Below are positions 12,581 to 26,789 of a stretch of 64,000 bases of DNA, one piece after another (position 1 is the stretch's first letter; each line of letters opens with the position of its first letter). The notes under the pieces were generated by a model, which saw only the letters and a program-made list of their open reading frames with translations, was not told where the DNA came from and ran no database searches. The translations under genes and the position numbers were made by a program. Source of the DNA: Eledone cirrhosa (lineage: Eukaryota); NCBI GenBank assembly GCA_964016885.1, contig OZ024754.1:15066001-15130000 (forward strand), given 5' to 3'.

Positions 12581-13529
12581 TCTGTATCCTTCTCTGGAAG
12601 CAATCTGCTGCATTCAGACCTGGAGATGATATGGGCTCCACTAGGTTTTAAAATGCACTAAGAAACGCTGTATGTCAATATGACACCCCTACAAATCCAT
12701 CAGCAGTTACGGATCAATACCACCATTCAATCTCATTCAGGATAAAAAGTCTTTATTTTTTTAATTAACTGAAATCGTGGTAAAAATATGGATGGCGTAG
12801 CACATATTTTTCTACTAGATTATTTTCGTTAGAAATGTGTTCAAAATCATTTGTCCCTTCTTGGCAATCAATCTACATTCCATTAACTATCGTCATTATT
12901 GTTGGCTTTATTTGAGCCAGAACAAACAGATAACAAAGCATTTGGTGTTTTCCTTTCTTTTCTTTTCTTTTTTTTTGGGGGGGGGGGTATAAAGAGTAAT
13001 TATTCCCATTTACTGGGCCATTCTCCAGAACGTAAAATACTATTTAACAATTTCAAAGTATCGTAATGATATATTCACCTCCCTATTTTTATAGTTCTGC
13101 ATTCACGCTAACTATTCCAAGTGATTTATTATTACATTTTATTTTCATAAATGATTGCGTAACTTCTGAAGCAATTCTGTTTCTTTCTATACATTAAAGA
13201 GAATTTCCTATCTTATTTGATATAACACGTTATAGCCTACTTCTTCCATGTGGATGTAAAATTCCTTCCATCTGAGTATCATTTGTTGCCATAATTTACT
13301 ATTTTTTTCCTATTTCTAAATCGTAATTATATTTCTGTGTTTTTTTATTACATGATTTCTATTGCAGATACCTTCTTTCATCACAACTGATTAAAACATA
13401 TTTATTTCTCTATTGAATCCTGATATAATCGACTTTCCCGTCCTCCAAATTGCTTTTTTATTAGAATGTTCCCCCGATGTTGTTTCTTCAAAAGCTGTTG
13501 TTAATTTTGAAGTATTTATATTTAATAAT

Positions 13530-14010
13530 TATTTCTAATTCAGGTACAAGGCCAACAATTTGTGGAGAGAAGAAAGTCGGTTATATCGACCCTAGTATTT
13601 TACTGGTATATTATTTTATCGAGTCCGGAAGAATGAAAGTAAAGTTGATCTTAGCGGAATTTCTTCCTTTCAGGGTCGATAAATAAAGTACCAGTCAAGT
13701 ACTGAGGTTGATATAATCTACTTCCCCACTTCCTACAAATTGCTGGCCTTGTGCTTAAATTAAAAATCCTTATTACTATTATTGTTATTATTGAGGGTGG
13801 GGGATTCACAGAATGGTTAGAGATCGAGCAAAATGATTTGCGGCATCTAGTTAACACAGTCCACGTTTTGCCTTGAAATGTTGTACAAGTCAAATTTCCC
13901 TGTCGACCTATCAGCTGTCGATGAGATACTAGTCAAGTACTGAGGTCGATATAATTGATCCTCCCTTCCCCAAATTACTAGCCTTCTACCTAAATTAAGA
14001 AATCATTAAC
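13530..14010. mobile_element. Cluster of degenerate tRNA-SINE copies in both orientations
   Basis: gtcgataaataaagtaccag core and ttgctggccttgtgc tail on + and - strands. Confidence 0.65.
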
Positions 14011-14574
14011 AGCACTAGCTGAAAAACCACCCTTCGAGTGGTTTTCTGCTAACATGTGTAGTGTGCATATTCATATTATACGCAAATATATATTCATGTA
14101 GATTTGATACGTCAAATAAAATCGTAATTGACAATATGCACAGAATTTGAAGAGAGACTGTGACTCTCTCTTCTGTAATCAGTAAAGTAATCCATGATAC
14201 ATTTAAAAAAGACGATATTATATATAAACTGCATTACGGCAAAATTTTATGAAAACGAAAAAGGAGAAAATTAGCGACGGAAATATAAACCTTATATAAC
14301 GACGCAAGTATATGAACGTTTATATAAGCGATGAGATATAGCGTCCATTATATCGTAACCGGAAGTATTGACATTTGAAAATTTTAAAAGAAGTGAATCT
14401 TGAAATAAGCAATACAATTATTTATATGTAATCAAGAGTTACGAAATTTAGTAGATAAATTATGTAATATTCATTATTTAATTCATTATTTATTCAAAGT
14501 AATCCCAATTATTTTACTAACGGGATAAAAAGAATATATTCAGGCCACTGTCTCGCACTTCTCCCTTTATTATG

Positions 14575-14762
14575 TGGATTGGCAGTATCGGTAGAGAGTC
14601 GGACGCCATGCTTTGAAGCATAGAGTTACGTCCCTTTATGATCTGAGTTCAAATCCCGCCGAAGTTAACTTCGCCTTTCATCCTTACGGGGTCGATAAAA
14701 TAAAGTACCAGTAAAGTACTGGGTAAAATTGCTGGCCTTATGCCTAAAAAGTAGAAACAATT
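14575..14762 (+). mobile_element. tRNA-derived SINE
   Basis: A box tggcagtatcgg, B box gttcaaatcc, core gcctttcatccttacggggtcgataaaataaagtaccag, tail agaaacaatta. Confidence 0.85.
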
Positions 14763-15414
14763 ATATTATGATTTTGTGATCACTCTCTGCATCTATGCCT
14801 GGAAAACCTAATTTATTCTTAATTCATATCTTTTTTGAGATAAGAATAAAATATATAAAATAGATGAAGTTAGTATTTTTATCCCGTCCTCCTCAGTGAA
14901 TACTATGTTATTGCTCTTGACGGGTTGGCGCTGATTTAACACAATAATAATTGTTTCTACTTTTGGCACAACTGTTCTTTTATTTTTCTAGAACTTGTTT
15001 ATCATTAGTGTAAATATAGGCAAGAAGGATGCCGTAGCTGCTAATCTTATTGTGCAGATTCTGCCAAAAAATCAGTGCACATTGTGTCATTGACTCTTAG
15101 GAATGTTTATGTATCATCAAACCCATTCATATATCATGTTTGATTCTCTTCTCAGTAGAACCGTGATTAATAACCATTATCTATCATGAATTTTCTAAAT
15201 CCTGTTCATCTTGTTTCAACAAACCCGAAAATATTCAAAGAATATCACAAAATCCTCTAAATTAATTATACTTTATCTGATCGATACTGTTTCAAGTAGC
15301 CAAATATATAGGAATTTTCACTTAAATTTATCTTTTGGTTTGATTCTAAAGAACATTTATCGACTACGTCCTGACAAAAACATAAGTTAAGAACGAATGT
15401 TTTCTTATTATCAT

Positions 15415-15602
15415 TTGGATTGGCATTATCAGTAGAGGGTTCGGCGCCATGCTTTCCAGCAGAGTTACGCCCCTTTACGAACTGAGTTCAAATCCCGCCG
15501 AGGTTAACTTTGCCTTTCATCCTTACGTGGTCGATAAAATAAAGTACCAGTAATGTACTGGGATAATTGCTGGCCTTGTGCCAAAAGTAGAAATAATTAT
15601 TA
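15415..15602 (+). mobile_element. tRNA-derived SINE
   Basis: Same A/B box, core and tail as 14575-14762. Confidence 0.85.
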
Positions 15603-16069
15603 TTTCCCTTGCATCACCACACAGTGTTTTACTCAGATAACCTTATAACAACGCTAATCTCCTATCCAGGGTTCTACTATAGATGAGTGGAAACATACAG
15701 CCCTATAGATGCAGTTCTTAGCATGAAGGTGTAGCACATCGAATGAAAGGTCTTTCTAGGCCTCCTAAATGACGCAAACATCTGCTTGATGTGGCTTCAA
15801 TATCTTCGTCCAAGTGTAGTCGTTGGAAATGATAGAGTTTTATTAACTAAATCTAGTCATTGTGACTCCTTATAAATATATATATGTATACATATATCAA
15901 CTAGAAATTGATTCACATATATATATATATATCTAAAATAAACATATGAAGCAATCACAGGGAATAATTTGTAAAGTGTGTAAGCACACACAGCTAGGTA
16001 GGTAACTAATTAAAAGATTAATCTTCCTTGTGGATATGGCGCATGTCTCTCGGACATGACACCGTTATT

Positions 16070-16762
<693 letters not shown>

Positions 16763-17114
16763 AGATAATTTAATATATCTACTAACATAAGCGCACAGAT
16801 GTACGCCAATGCCAGCAAATACACAGGTTATGTCATAGTACCTAGGTGGTTCGATGCAGGAGAATGCAGAACCACTTCTAAAAATTTTTTTTGGGGGTGT
16901 TAGTAGGCGCTTGTCATCTTACCACCCCATTCCTACTGACTAGCCTCTGTGTCACGTGATTGGTTCTTTAGAATCGGCCATATGATCAGTGGCAGTGAGA
17001 ATTTTCAGTAGCTGGAATCCAGTCCTCGATAGCTGTTCCATTTACCGAATTATTATTATTTTTATATGAGTCGCCAGTGTCCGCGCATCGCCTGGAGACT
17101 CGGCTGAGAATGAC

Positions 17115-17194
17115 CTCCCTGATGACGCAATGAAATTCTCAACGGTTCATTACGTAACTGTCTTTATCCCATTGCAGAAACTAATTAGTTGGAG
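17115..17194 (+). ncRNA. Type I hammerhead ribozyme
   Basis: Stem I CTCC/GGAG, CTGATGA, stem II GCAATG/CATTGC, GAAA, palindromic ACTAATTAGT, GUU. Confidence 0.75.
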
Positions 17195-17982
17195 TGAAAA
17201 TTTAAGTAAGTAAGTTAATTTTTTTTTTTAATTTTTTTAAAGAATTTTCTTATTTTACGTCTTTTATATATATACATTTATATATATATACATTTATATA
17301 TATATATATACATTTATATATATATATATATATCTGGCCATATTCACTGAACCAGAACATTTCTCTCAATCCCTTTTCCCTTGACCACTATCTCTCCATT
17401 GTCATAACATTCGCTATAAAGACTACAGAATAGTTTTCCAAATAAGGGCGCAAAAATGTAATGAAAACTTGTTCACGTGACAGCAAAATTTCATTTATAA
17501 CCAACCAAAAAAAAGCCTTCGTGAGCCTCATTTTTTCAAGTAAAAAAAAATTTAAACACTCATATATGAAAAAAACAACCTGTGACAACCCTCCCCCCCC
17601 TCTCTCTCTCTTATTTGAAGAACTATTGTAACGCGAACTGGCGCGAAATTTATTACAATTATTGACAAACCAATCAAATTACTTCTCGAAAAACCTGGCT
17701 TTCGAGCCACTTTTTCCATATAAAACATTTAGAGACCAACCAGATGTGAGAAAAACCACAGACCCTCCATCTCAACTCACCTTTTAAAAAGCAGAAGAAC
17801 TTCGAAACCGGTAAAGGAACCAAATAAATATATATATTTTAAAAAAAAATAAGACTTCAGTTGCATTTTCGATTTCATCTCTTTTTCTTTATACTTCCAC
17901 TCGTGTAGGACACCTCGGTTATTTTTCATTTTGTAAAAAAAACCTCACTTTCTAATATATATATGTATATATATACATTTAT

Positions 17983-18071
<89 letters not shown>

Positions 18072-18072
18072 T

Positions 18073-18104
<32 letters not shown>

Positions 18105-18120
18105 CATATATATATACATT

Positions 18121-18155
<35 letters not shown>

Positions 18156-18215
18156 GTATATACATATATATATATACATTTATATATATATATACATTTA
18201 TATATATATATATAC

Positions 18216-18287
<72 letters not shown>

Positions 18288-18370
18288 TTATATATATATA
18301 TATATATGTATATATATACATTTATATATATATATATATATATATACATATATAGTTTTAATATAGATGA

Positions 18371-18419
18371 GATTCTACAGGACTAGAACTGTTTCATTCA
18401 TTAGAAATCATCAGGAATC
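18371..18419 (-). ncRNA. Type I hammerhead ribozyme with intramolecular stem III
   Basis: Minus strand GATTC-CTGATGA-tttc taat gaat-GAAACAG...CTGTA-GAATC; degenerate relative at ~29126-29172. Confidence 0.7.
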
Positions 18420-18467
18420 CCGGAATAACGTATATATACATATATATATATATATATACATATATAC

Positions 18468-18548
<81 letters not shown>

Positions 18549-18549
18549 C

Positions 18550-18612
<63 letters not shown>

Positions 18613-18678
18613 CATACATTTATATGTAAGTATGTATGTATACGTACATACATATATGTATACAGACGTACAGTAGCA

Positions 18679-18716
<38 letters not shown>

Positions 18717-18868
18717 CAGGTACACATACATATATGTACGTATCAGTTTAGCGGACGCTTATTATAACGCCCGCTTTGTTCGTTTGTAAACAAACTGAAC
18801 AGCCTGAATGTATGCCGTACGGTGTTAAGGCAACCACGTCACCTTTTTGTTCAACACTGACACAGGAA

Positions 18869-18909
18869 CGATGTACTAGTTTCAAGCTTGTTAGCTATCA
18901 TCAGCACCG
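18869..18909 (-). ncRNA. Type I hammerhead ribozyme (unit 1)
   Basis: Minus strand CGGTG-CTGATGA-T-AGCT-aaca-AGCT-T-GAAACTAGTA-CATCG. Confidence 0.8.
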
Positions 18910-19146
18910 TATACCCTTCTGCCAGATGGTTGAACGTTCGAAAGTATATACTTTCCTTATGAAAATTAACGGCTGAGCAGCCTAATTTGCATATCGAGTG
19001 AGTTTAATCGGCCAGGCGTACCGAAAACGATAAGTTGTAATAAAATGAAAACGAAATTTCATTTCTCACTCTTAGTACGGCACTTACTTAAATGTAAGTA
19101 TGTATGTATACGTACATACATATATGTATACAGACGTACAGTAGCA

Positions 19147-19216
<70 letters not shown>

Positions 19217-19368
19217 CAGGTACACATACATATATGTACGTATCAGTTTAGCGGACGCTTATTATAACGCCAGCTTTGTTCGTTTGTAAACAAACTGAAC
19301 AGCCTGAATTTATGCCGTACGGTGTTAAGGCAACCACGTCACCTTTTTGTTCAACACTGACACAGGAT

Positions 19369-19409
19369 CGATGTACTAGTTTCAAGCTTGTTAGCTATTA
19401 TCAGCACCG
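19369..19409 (-). ncRNA. Hammerhead ribozyme (unit 2, core mutated to CTGATAA)
   Basis: As unit 1 with G8A change. Confidence 0.6.
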
Positions 19410-19828
19410 TATACCCTTATGCCAGATGGTTGAACGTTCGAAAGTATATACTTTCCTTATGAAAATTAACGGCTGAGCAGCCTAATTTGCATATCGAGTG
19501 AGTTTAATCGGCCAGGCGTACCGAAAACGATAAGTTGTAATAAAATGAAAACGAAATTTCATTTCTCACTCTTAGTACGGCACTTACTTAAATGTAAGTA
19601 TGTATGTATACGTACATACATATATGTATACAGACGTACAGTAGCATGCATATATATATATATATATATATACATACAGGTACACATACATATATGTACG
19701 TATCAGTTTAGCGGACGCTTATTATAACGCCCGCTTTGTTCGTTTGTAAACAAACTGAACAGCCTGAATGTATGCCGTACGGTGTTAAGGCAACCACGTC
19801 ACCTTTTTGTTCAACACTGACACAGGAA

Positions 19829-19869
19829 CGATGTACTAGTTTCAAGCTTGTTAGCTATCATCAGCACCG
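19829..19869 (-). ncRNA. Type I hammerhead ribozyme (unit 3)
   Basis: Identical to unit 1. Confidence 0.8.
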
Positions 19870-20678
19870 TATACCCTTCTGCCAGATGGTTGAACGTTCG
19901 AAAGTATATACTTTCCTTATGAAAATTAACGGCTGAGCAGCCTAATTTGCATATCGAGTGAGTTTAATCGGCCATATATATATATTATTTTTATATTCTT
20001 TTAATTTCCCCTCATCTTTAACAGCACTCTTCAACTCCATCTAACTCTTATTTATCATATCTATATGCATTAGTATAATTTTATCAATATAAATATACCC
20101 ATCAATTAAATTAATTTATATTCTTTTCATGGATGTATTTTTTTCACTAACACTCTTATCGTAAAATATTAGTCTCCTTAGATATTTGCATTGGCATTAC
20201 TATTTTATAACAGCAACTGTTCGTATACCTTTTACTGACCTGACCTATTTTCACCCCTAAAATAACCTTCTCATTGTTCACACTACATTCAAAACTGAAA
20301 TCTACCTTCATCTACCCCTAAAATAAACTTCAATTACTACTATTTTACAATTTGGCCAATTATTAACTTTCTATTGGTTAATTCTAAACCTGTTACCAAA
20401 CAGACAGACTATATCAAATCTTTGTTGGTTTTATTCAATGAACAAATATAATTATTTCTGAGGTCAGCATACGACCTATTTTCATCCCTAAAATAATCTT
20501 TCATTCATAATATTCTTTTCCATCCAAAACTGAAATATACCTTCCTCTACCCATAAATTAAGGTTCTTTTACTACTAGATTACTATCTTGACCTTCACTA
20601 TCGTTCTATTGGTCAATTCAAAACCTGTTCCCAAACAGACCTATTGTATTAAATCTTTGTTTTTTCAATAAACAAATA

Positions 20679-20820
20679 TCATTATTTCTGAAGACAGCAT
20701 ATATATGTGTAGGTATGTATATTCCCCCTGATAGTTTGTATAAATATTTTACATAGATCTATAGAATATGCATACCAACACTAACACATATATATCCTAG
20801 AAACGATCGTAAAATGATGA
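20679..20820 (+). ncRNA. Type I hammerhead ribozyme with long stem II insertion
   Basis: Stem I TCATTATTT/AAATGATGA, CTGAAGA, GAAA, palindromic ACGATCGT, GUA. Confidence 0.65.
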
Positions 20821-20924
20821 ATTTTTTTAATATAAGGAACTGTTTCTTTGTTTATTCATTACTTTATTAACTTATATATACATATATATATATAAATACA
20901 TATATTATATATATACAGTATTTA

Positions 20925-23900
20925 CGTATCGAGAGAGAGAAACAAGGGGAGGATAGGTGATACATATAGTTATTTGCCAATAGCGTATGCCAAAGGTGCT
21001 CGATACTAGTGCCGGCAGTATTAAATATTCGAAGTGTTAATATTTAGTGGGCTAGAGGATTAGCAGAGCGTAAGCAAGTGGGAAAGTAAGAAATCGGAGA
21101 ATAGACCGTTAAAACATGTTATTTAAAACAGCACCTACGTACGTTGCGCCCGGTTGGGCTTCTCAGGGGCATAAATAATCAAAAGTGTTCCTTACATTGC
21201 TCGGAAAGAGTTTTTGGGGTTAAATCTACGTCAAGGTTCATTGCTCGCAAAAATAGCTTGTTTTGATTTTGCAGCAGGTCAAGGGAGGTAACTCTGGCCG
21301 GTGTTAGGGCAGTCTTTCCCGGACAAATTTTTTATCCGCTACGAGATGAGGTTACAACCTTACCATTGTCGATACGCATGTAATCAACGCTTATTTTGAG
21401 AGTTTTTTTGTATTTTTTTTTTTTTTTGCTGCATCTGTTTGTCTGAGTCGTTTGAGGCTGGGTCTGGTATGCAAGGATAGTTTCCTGGATGTTATTTTGC
21501 AGCGCCTGCCCGCCAGGGTGTTAAGACTTGTTGCAGGGAGATCCGGTGGACGGTTTCACTCCCCACCCTTAACCCATCTGAAGAAGGATATTTTTAAGCG
21601 ATGTGTACAACTTATCGCTGTTTCAGCTCTGCTGTTGATGAGCTCGTGGGGTGCAGTTATGATGTGGTAGAGCTCCATGAAGCAAAGATCGCATTTCCTC
21701 TTGAAGTTGTACGGTGCAGCCCTTCCGACAATATCCCAGTGCATGGAGAAGCTGATGTTTCAGTCCTTTAGTGATGTGATGTAGTCCGCAAGCGAAGTGG
21801 AGTGTCTTTGTTTTTTATTTGTGAAAGAGTGGAGATGTGTTCGAAACCTAATTTTGAACGGGCCGGTGGTAGCCCCTATATAATGTTTAACGCTATTGTG
21901 GCTAGTTATAGTGCATCTATATATAACCCTATCAGTCAAGCAGTATCCTCTAAGGGGGCAGCGTCCTCTGTCGCGGCAGTTTCAATTTCTGTCGCGGTTC
22001 CGTCTAATTCCCACGGTAAGGCTATCATTGTTTCTGCCTACGTTGTTACCCACGCTACCGCAGCTGTCGTTAGCACCATTACAACCCACAGCACATGGGG
22101 TGTTGCGATTGTTATTCCGCACGTCATGTCCTGCATGTTCCCCAGTCATTTCGCGGTTATGCTGGTTGCGTCTGCGGATGCCGTTGCCAACACTATTGGA
22201 TGCTGCCAGGGAGTTGTTAAGGCCGATATAGTTATTGTCAGGTGTAGGTGCGTCTGAGTCGAGGTGCTGTGTCTTGGTGATCTTACTGTGGTTCGTTGTT
22301 CCTATGATGTCTGCTAGGTTAGGAGTAGTAGAGAAGGATATTTTTATATTGTTCCTATTAAGAATTTTTCTATACCTATGGTTGGGCGGGAAGTTCTTCT
22401 CTAAGGCTTCGAAGAACATCCGGGGTATGTTGGAGGCCATACTCCGAGAGTAGGGGGGGGGGGAACCATAGGACGTTACGGTGGCGATTACGTGTCCTTG
22501 TACGTTTGCTACGGGTGGTTCCATCTAGGTGACCGCTCTTATGTGTGTTAGTGCGCAGTCGCCCGTTCAGTGCCCCTTTCACTTTATGCTCGGGTGCACT
22601 CTTCCTACCTCTTCCATGTTTATGTACAGGAAGATGTTGGTTGGAAGGCGTTGGTAGTAGTCCGTCGCCTTTGTTGGTTCTGTAATAGGGGAATAGTTCG
22701 AGTAATCTACAGTGGTCACCGTCGCCGGGGTCGTGATCTTTAGTGCGTTATCTATTCTATTATATCCGACTTCAACGAGGTCGCCGCGTGATCGGTTATA
22801 GGTATGGCTTACTATAACATTCCTTTTATGACGGGGGTGGTTTCTAGAGCTAGCGTTAGGGATGTAGCAAATTCCTCGGTTAAAGCCGGCGCTTATCATG
22901 GCCCTATTGTAGTAATCTGCCGCTTGGTTGAAGATATCCTCATTGGCGGATAGTCTCGAGATTCTATGTGAGATACTATAGAATATGGAGTTGAGAGTCT
23001 GCTTAGAGTGGTTGGAGGCATAATTAAAATAAGAGAACCACTCTCCAGGCTTATGGTATGGCTTGTATAAGCCCGTACTCAACTCCAGGGTCACGTCCAG
23101 GAAGTTGACAACCTTGTGGTTGAGGTCCATAGTTACGGATAGGCCGTATGACTTGAAGAGTATGTGTATATGTTTGTTAAGGTTCTCTATCCTACGGGGG
23201 CTATGGTTCCTAATGGTAAAGAGGGCGTCGTCCCTATATACATCTCCTTGTAGGGCCGGTATCTGTTCCCTAAGATTATGTAGGAGGTATATCCCGACCA
23301 GTTCAGTTGCTTGCGCTGAGTCACTGGACCCCATCGTGACATCGAAGTTATCAGGACGGTTGGTTCTGGTCCAGTGGAAGCCTTCGAACTGGAAAATGGT
23401 TCTACGCGCCGCTAGAACTATGTCAATTTCTTTTTTAGTGAGGCTAGTGTTAGATTTAGCTAAGATAATTGCCTTATTTAAGAGTATGGGGGAGTAAGAG
23501 GCTGCACCGTACAACTTCAAGAGGAAATGCGATCTTTGCCTCATGGAGCTCTACCACTGCACCCCATCATAACTGCACCCCACGAGCTCATCAACAGCAG
23601 AGCTGAAACAGCGATAAGTTGTACACATCGCTTAAAAATATCCTTCTTCAGATGGGTTAAGGATGAGGAGTGAAACCGTGCACCGGATCTCCCTGCAACA
23701 AGTCTTAACAACCCGGCGGGCAGGCGCTGCAAAATAACATCCAGGAAACTATCCTTGTATACCAGATCCAGCCTCAAACGACTCAGACAAATAGATGCGT
23801 ACAAAAAAGACAAAAAAAAAAAAATATCTCAAAATAAGCGTTGATTACATGCGTATCGACAATGGTAAGGTTGTAACCTCATCTCGTAGCGGATAAAAAA

Positions 23901-24151
23901 TTTGTCCGGGAAAGACTGCCCTAACACCGGCCAGAGTTACCTCCCTTGACCTCCTGCAAAATCAAAACAAGCTATTTTTGCGAGCAATGAACCTTGACGT
24001 AGATTTAACCCCAAAAACTCTTTCCGAGCAATGTAAGGAACACTTTTGATTATTTTTGCCCTTGAGAAGCCCAACCGGGCGCAACGTACGTAGGTGCTGT
24101 TTTAAATAAACATGTTTTAACGGTCTATTCTCCGATTTCTTACTTTCCCAC
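20925..24151 (-). mobile_element. 5'-truncated Naiad-type Penelope-like element (RT + GIY-YIG) with inverted copy of its 3' end
   Basis: RT motifs FDVTMGSSDSAQ, YRDD, VNFLDVTL (22579-23500); xNC...CPL.G.C, HYIG.T, C.LC..E, CTHR (21556-21984); inverted arms 21078-21721/23500-24151; frameshifts and stops. Confidence 0.92.
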
Positions 24152-24222
<71 letters not shown>

Positions 24223-24226
<4 letters not shown>

Positions 24227-24416
24227 AAAACGTTTAACCCCGGCGGCAGAGCTCAAGCCGTTTCGACGGCTATTTCTGGACTCCAGAAATAGCCGTCGAA
24301 ACGGCTTGAGCTCTGCCGTCGGGTTTAAACATTTTCCTATTACCCACTCTACTACCCTAAGTATTGAGTACTCTGGTGCGTTATGGTCCATCTGGTTCTT
24401 TACCACACTTCCTTCG

Positions 24417-24417
<1 letters not shown>
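24223..24417. mobile_element. Fold-back element family A
   Basis: Homologous to 2928-3114, inverted arms turning at ~24281. Confidence 0.75.
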
Positions 24418-24472
<55 letters not shown>

Positions 24473-24522
24473 ATATAAATATATATACTTATATACATAC
24501 ATATATATACATATATATATAT

Positions 24523-24633
24523 GTATTCCGATGATTTGATCGGAGGTAAACACTGTATTTAAGGATGAGTGACGCAACTTCGAGTGATTAGCTGCCTTCA
24601 GACTCACCAGATCAATGAAACAATTGTTAATAC
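24523..24633 (+). ncRNA. Variant hammerhead (CCGATGA core) with long stem II
   Basis: Stem I GTATT/AATAC, stem II base TTGATC/GATCAA, GAAA, palindromic ACAATTGT. Confidence 0.6.
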
Positions 24634-24674
24634 TAGAAAGAAAACGTTTTGTATCGCCGACCATATTTTCAATA

Positions 24675-24757
<83 letters not shown>

Positions 24758-24761
<4 letters not shown>

Positions 24762-24866
24762 CCATATTTCGGTATGCAGGTGCTTTCGAAATCGTTCTCG
24801 AAGATATTTAATCGTTCTCCAAGATATTAAATGATCTTCCTTCTTAATTTACATTTATTTAATATC

Positions 24867-24912
<46 letters not shown>

Positions 24913-25004
24913 GATATTAAATACATGGAAATTAAGAAGGAAGATCATTTAAAAAATATCTTGGAGAACTATTTCGAAAGCACCTGCATACCGAAATATG
25001 GCTT
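24758..25004. repeat. Inverted repeat centred on a (TA)n tract
   Basis: aaagccatatttcggtatgcaggtgctttcgaaat...(TA)n...atttcgaaagcacctgcataccgaaatatggcttt. Confidence 0.85.
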
Positions 25005-25836
25005 TCTCAAGATTCTGTAACTTGTGTATCGAGGAAATGTTTTATATAATTAATTGTCAAAACTCTATTAATCTTAAAACAGAATTATTTTCTTCTTGCA
25101 GACACTTTCAGAAGTATTTTTAATTCATGATATTCTTATACACCTTCAAAAAGATCCTATTTTCTTTAAAATTTAAATGTAAATTCTTTTAAAATGATCT
25201 TCCTTCTTAATTTTTTTAATATTTCTACTATTTTTACCTTTTGACATTCATTTTTTAATTTTCTTAATATATATTTTTTAAATACATATATATTTTTCAT
25301 ATTTTTGACTATTTTTTAGTTCTGACATTATTTTTTTAGATGTAGTTTGATAATCTTTAATTGACATTCTGAAAATTTATCCTCTTTACGATAGTTCTTC
25401 GAAATGCACATTACGTTTTTCCTCTCCTTTTGACCTTCAAACTTTTACACATCTTTCGACTAAAATAATTAATCTCACACAAAATAATATATAATATTCT
25501 CTATATATTTTCTGAGTAAATCATTCATCAAATTTAACAGATAACAAACAATTGTGCAAACATAAACATGATATTATAATATGTACGATAAACTATATAA
25601 CTTCGCTAAATTAACAATATTTTGAAAACATTTTCAATGTTGGAACAAACTATTCGAATCTACAAATCTGTTCGTCTCTTACAACTTGAATCACCTGTTC
25701 TTTATGTAAAATGCAAAATCAACGTCCTTCGTAACTCATAATAGAAATATAAACAACTAATAATTATTTCTATTTCTAAAATACTTATACATCCACGATG
25801 ATTAATCTATATAGATATTTATACATTTATAACCTA

Positions 25837-26789
25837 CTAGCAGTAAAGCCCGGCGTTGCTCGGGATCGCTCAGTAGCTGTGTTAAAGTTACAATGTTAAG
25901 TTTCTTTCTTGGCTTAAAAACTGTAGTGTCTACTGTGCAGACTTGCATGTGGTGTTTTTGATTAATATTCCCTCAACCAACAATATGCCTTATGAAGTTA
26001 AGAAAACATAACGATAACCCGAATGTTATAACAAAAGAGGATGCTGGGGATAGAAACTGCACTGGTTATTTATTAACAAAGATCGAAAATGTAAACACTG
26101 CAACGCAGAGAAAAACATTAGCGTAACCAAATTATCAGTTATGTCTGTCTGCACGCCTATATCACCTCTCTGCACGACTGTCTGTCTGCACACCTATATC
26201 ACCTCTCTGCACGACTGTCTGTCTGCACGCCTATATCACCTCTCTGCACGACTGTCTGTCTGCACGCGTATATCACCTCTCTGCACGACTGTCTGTCTGC
26301 ACGACTGTCTGTCTGCACGACTGTCTGTCTGCACGCCTAACGACGAAATATTTGCTTGTTTTACGTAGTCTTTAAATAGACTTGTTTTCAAGTAAAAATA
26401 TTGTTTTAAATGGAAATGAAGCAAAACGGAAGCTTAGTGTTCGAACTGATGAATTTTGCAGGTCAATATTTTGCTGGCTCAACAACTGTTCGTGTATTGT
26501 GTTAATGTCATTTTAAACGCTGAGAAAGCCAGCGTAATTTTTTACGTAAGACGCTCAATGTAAACAGAACAAAGGGAAATAACTGATAACTTACGCTCAA
26601 AAATCGATACATTATATTCGATTTCGTCACATATGGTGGGTCAATTTGAAATATTTTTTTTCCGATGTCTTCGCTAGGGCTCAATGTACAAGTATAGCAA
26701 TTTCGGTGCAATTCCGTGAGAGATTCTAAGAGGAGATGTGTGCCAAAAATCGATAGACAGACAGACAACCACAGTTTTATATATATAGA
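25837..26789 (-). mobile_element. Non-autonomous Helitron (Lep1-like) with internal ~38-bp minisatellite
   Basis: Minus strand begins A|TCTATATATA, (TCTG)n near 5' end, ends with hairpin CCCGAGCAACGCCGGG then CTAG|T; minisatellite 26140-26338. Confidence 0.8.

Larger units (their letters stand above)
18623..19973 (-). mobile_element. Retrozyme-like tandem array (3 units, offsets 500 and 460 bp), one HHR per unit
   Basis: Near-identical units differing mainly in internal (TA)n length; homologous to 4590-5366; partial relative at 61526-61815. Confidence 0.75.

Noticed and set aside
14575-14660. tRNA genes suggested by A/B boxes
   Set aside because: No cloverleaf; followed by SINE core and tail, multi-copy
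23670-24150. SECIS element in the 3' UTR of the TGA-bearing Naiad
   Set aside because: ATGA near 23987 is not followed by a convincing SECIS helix by eye; needs SECISearch
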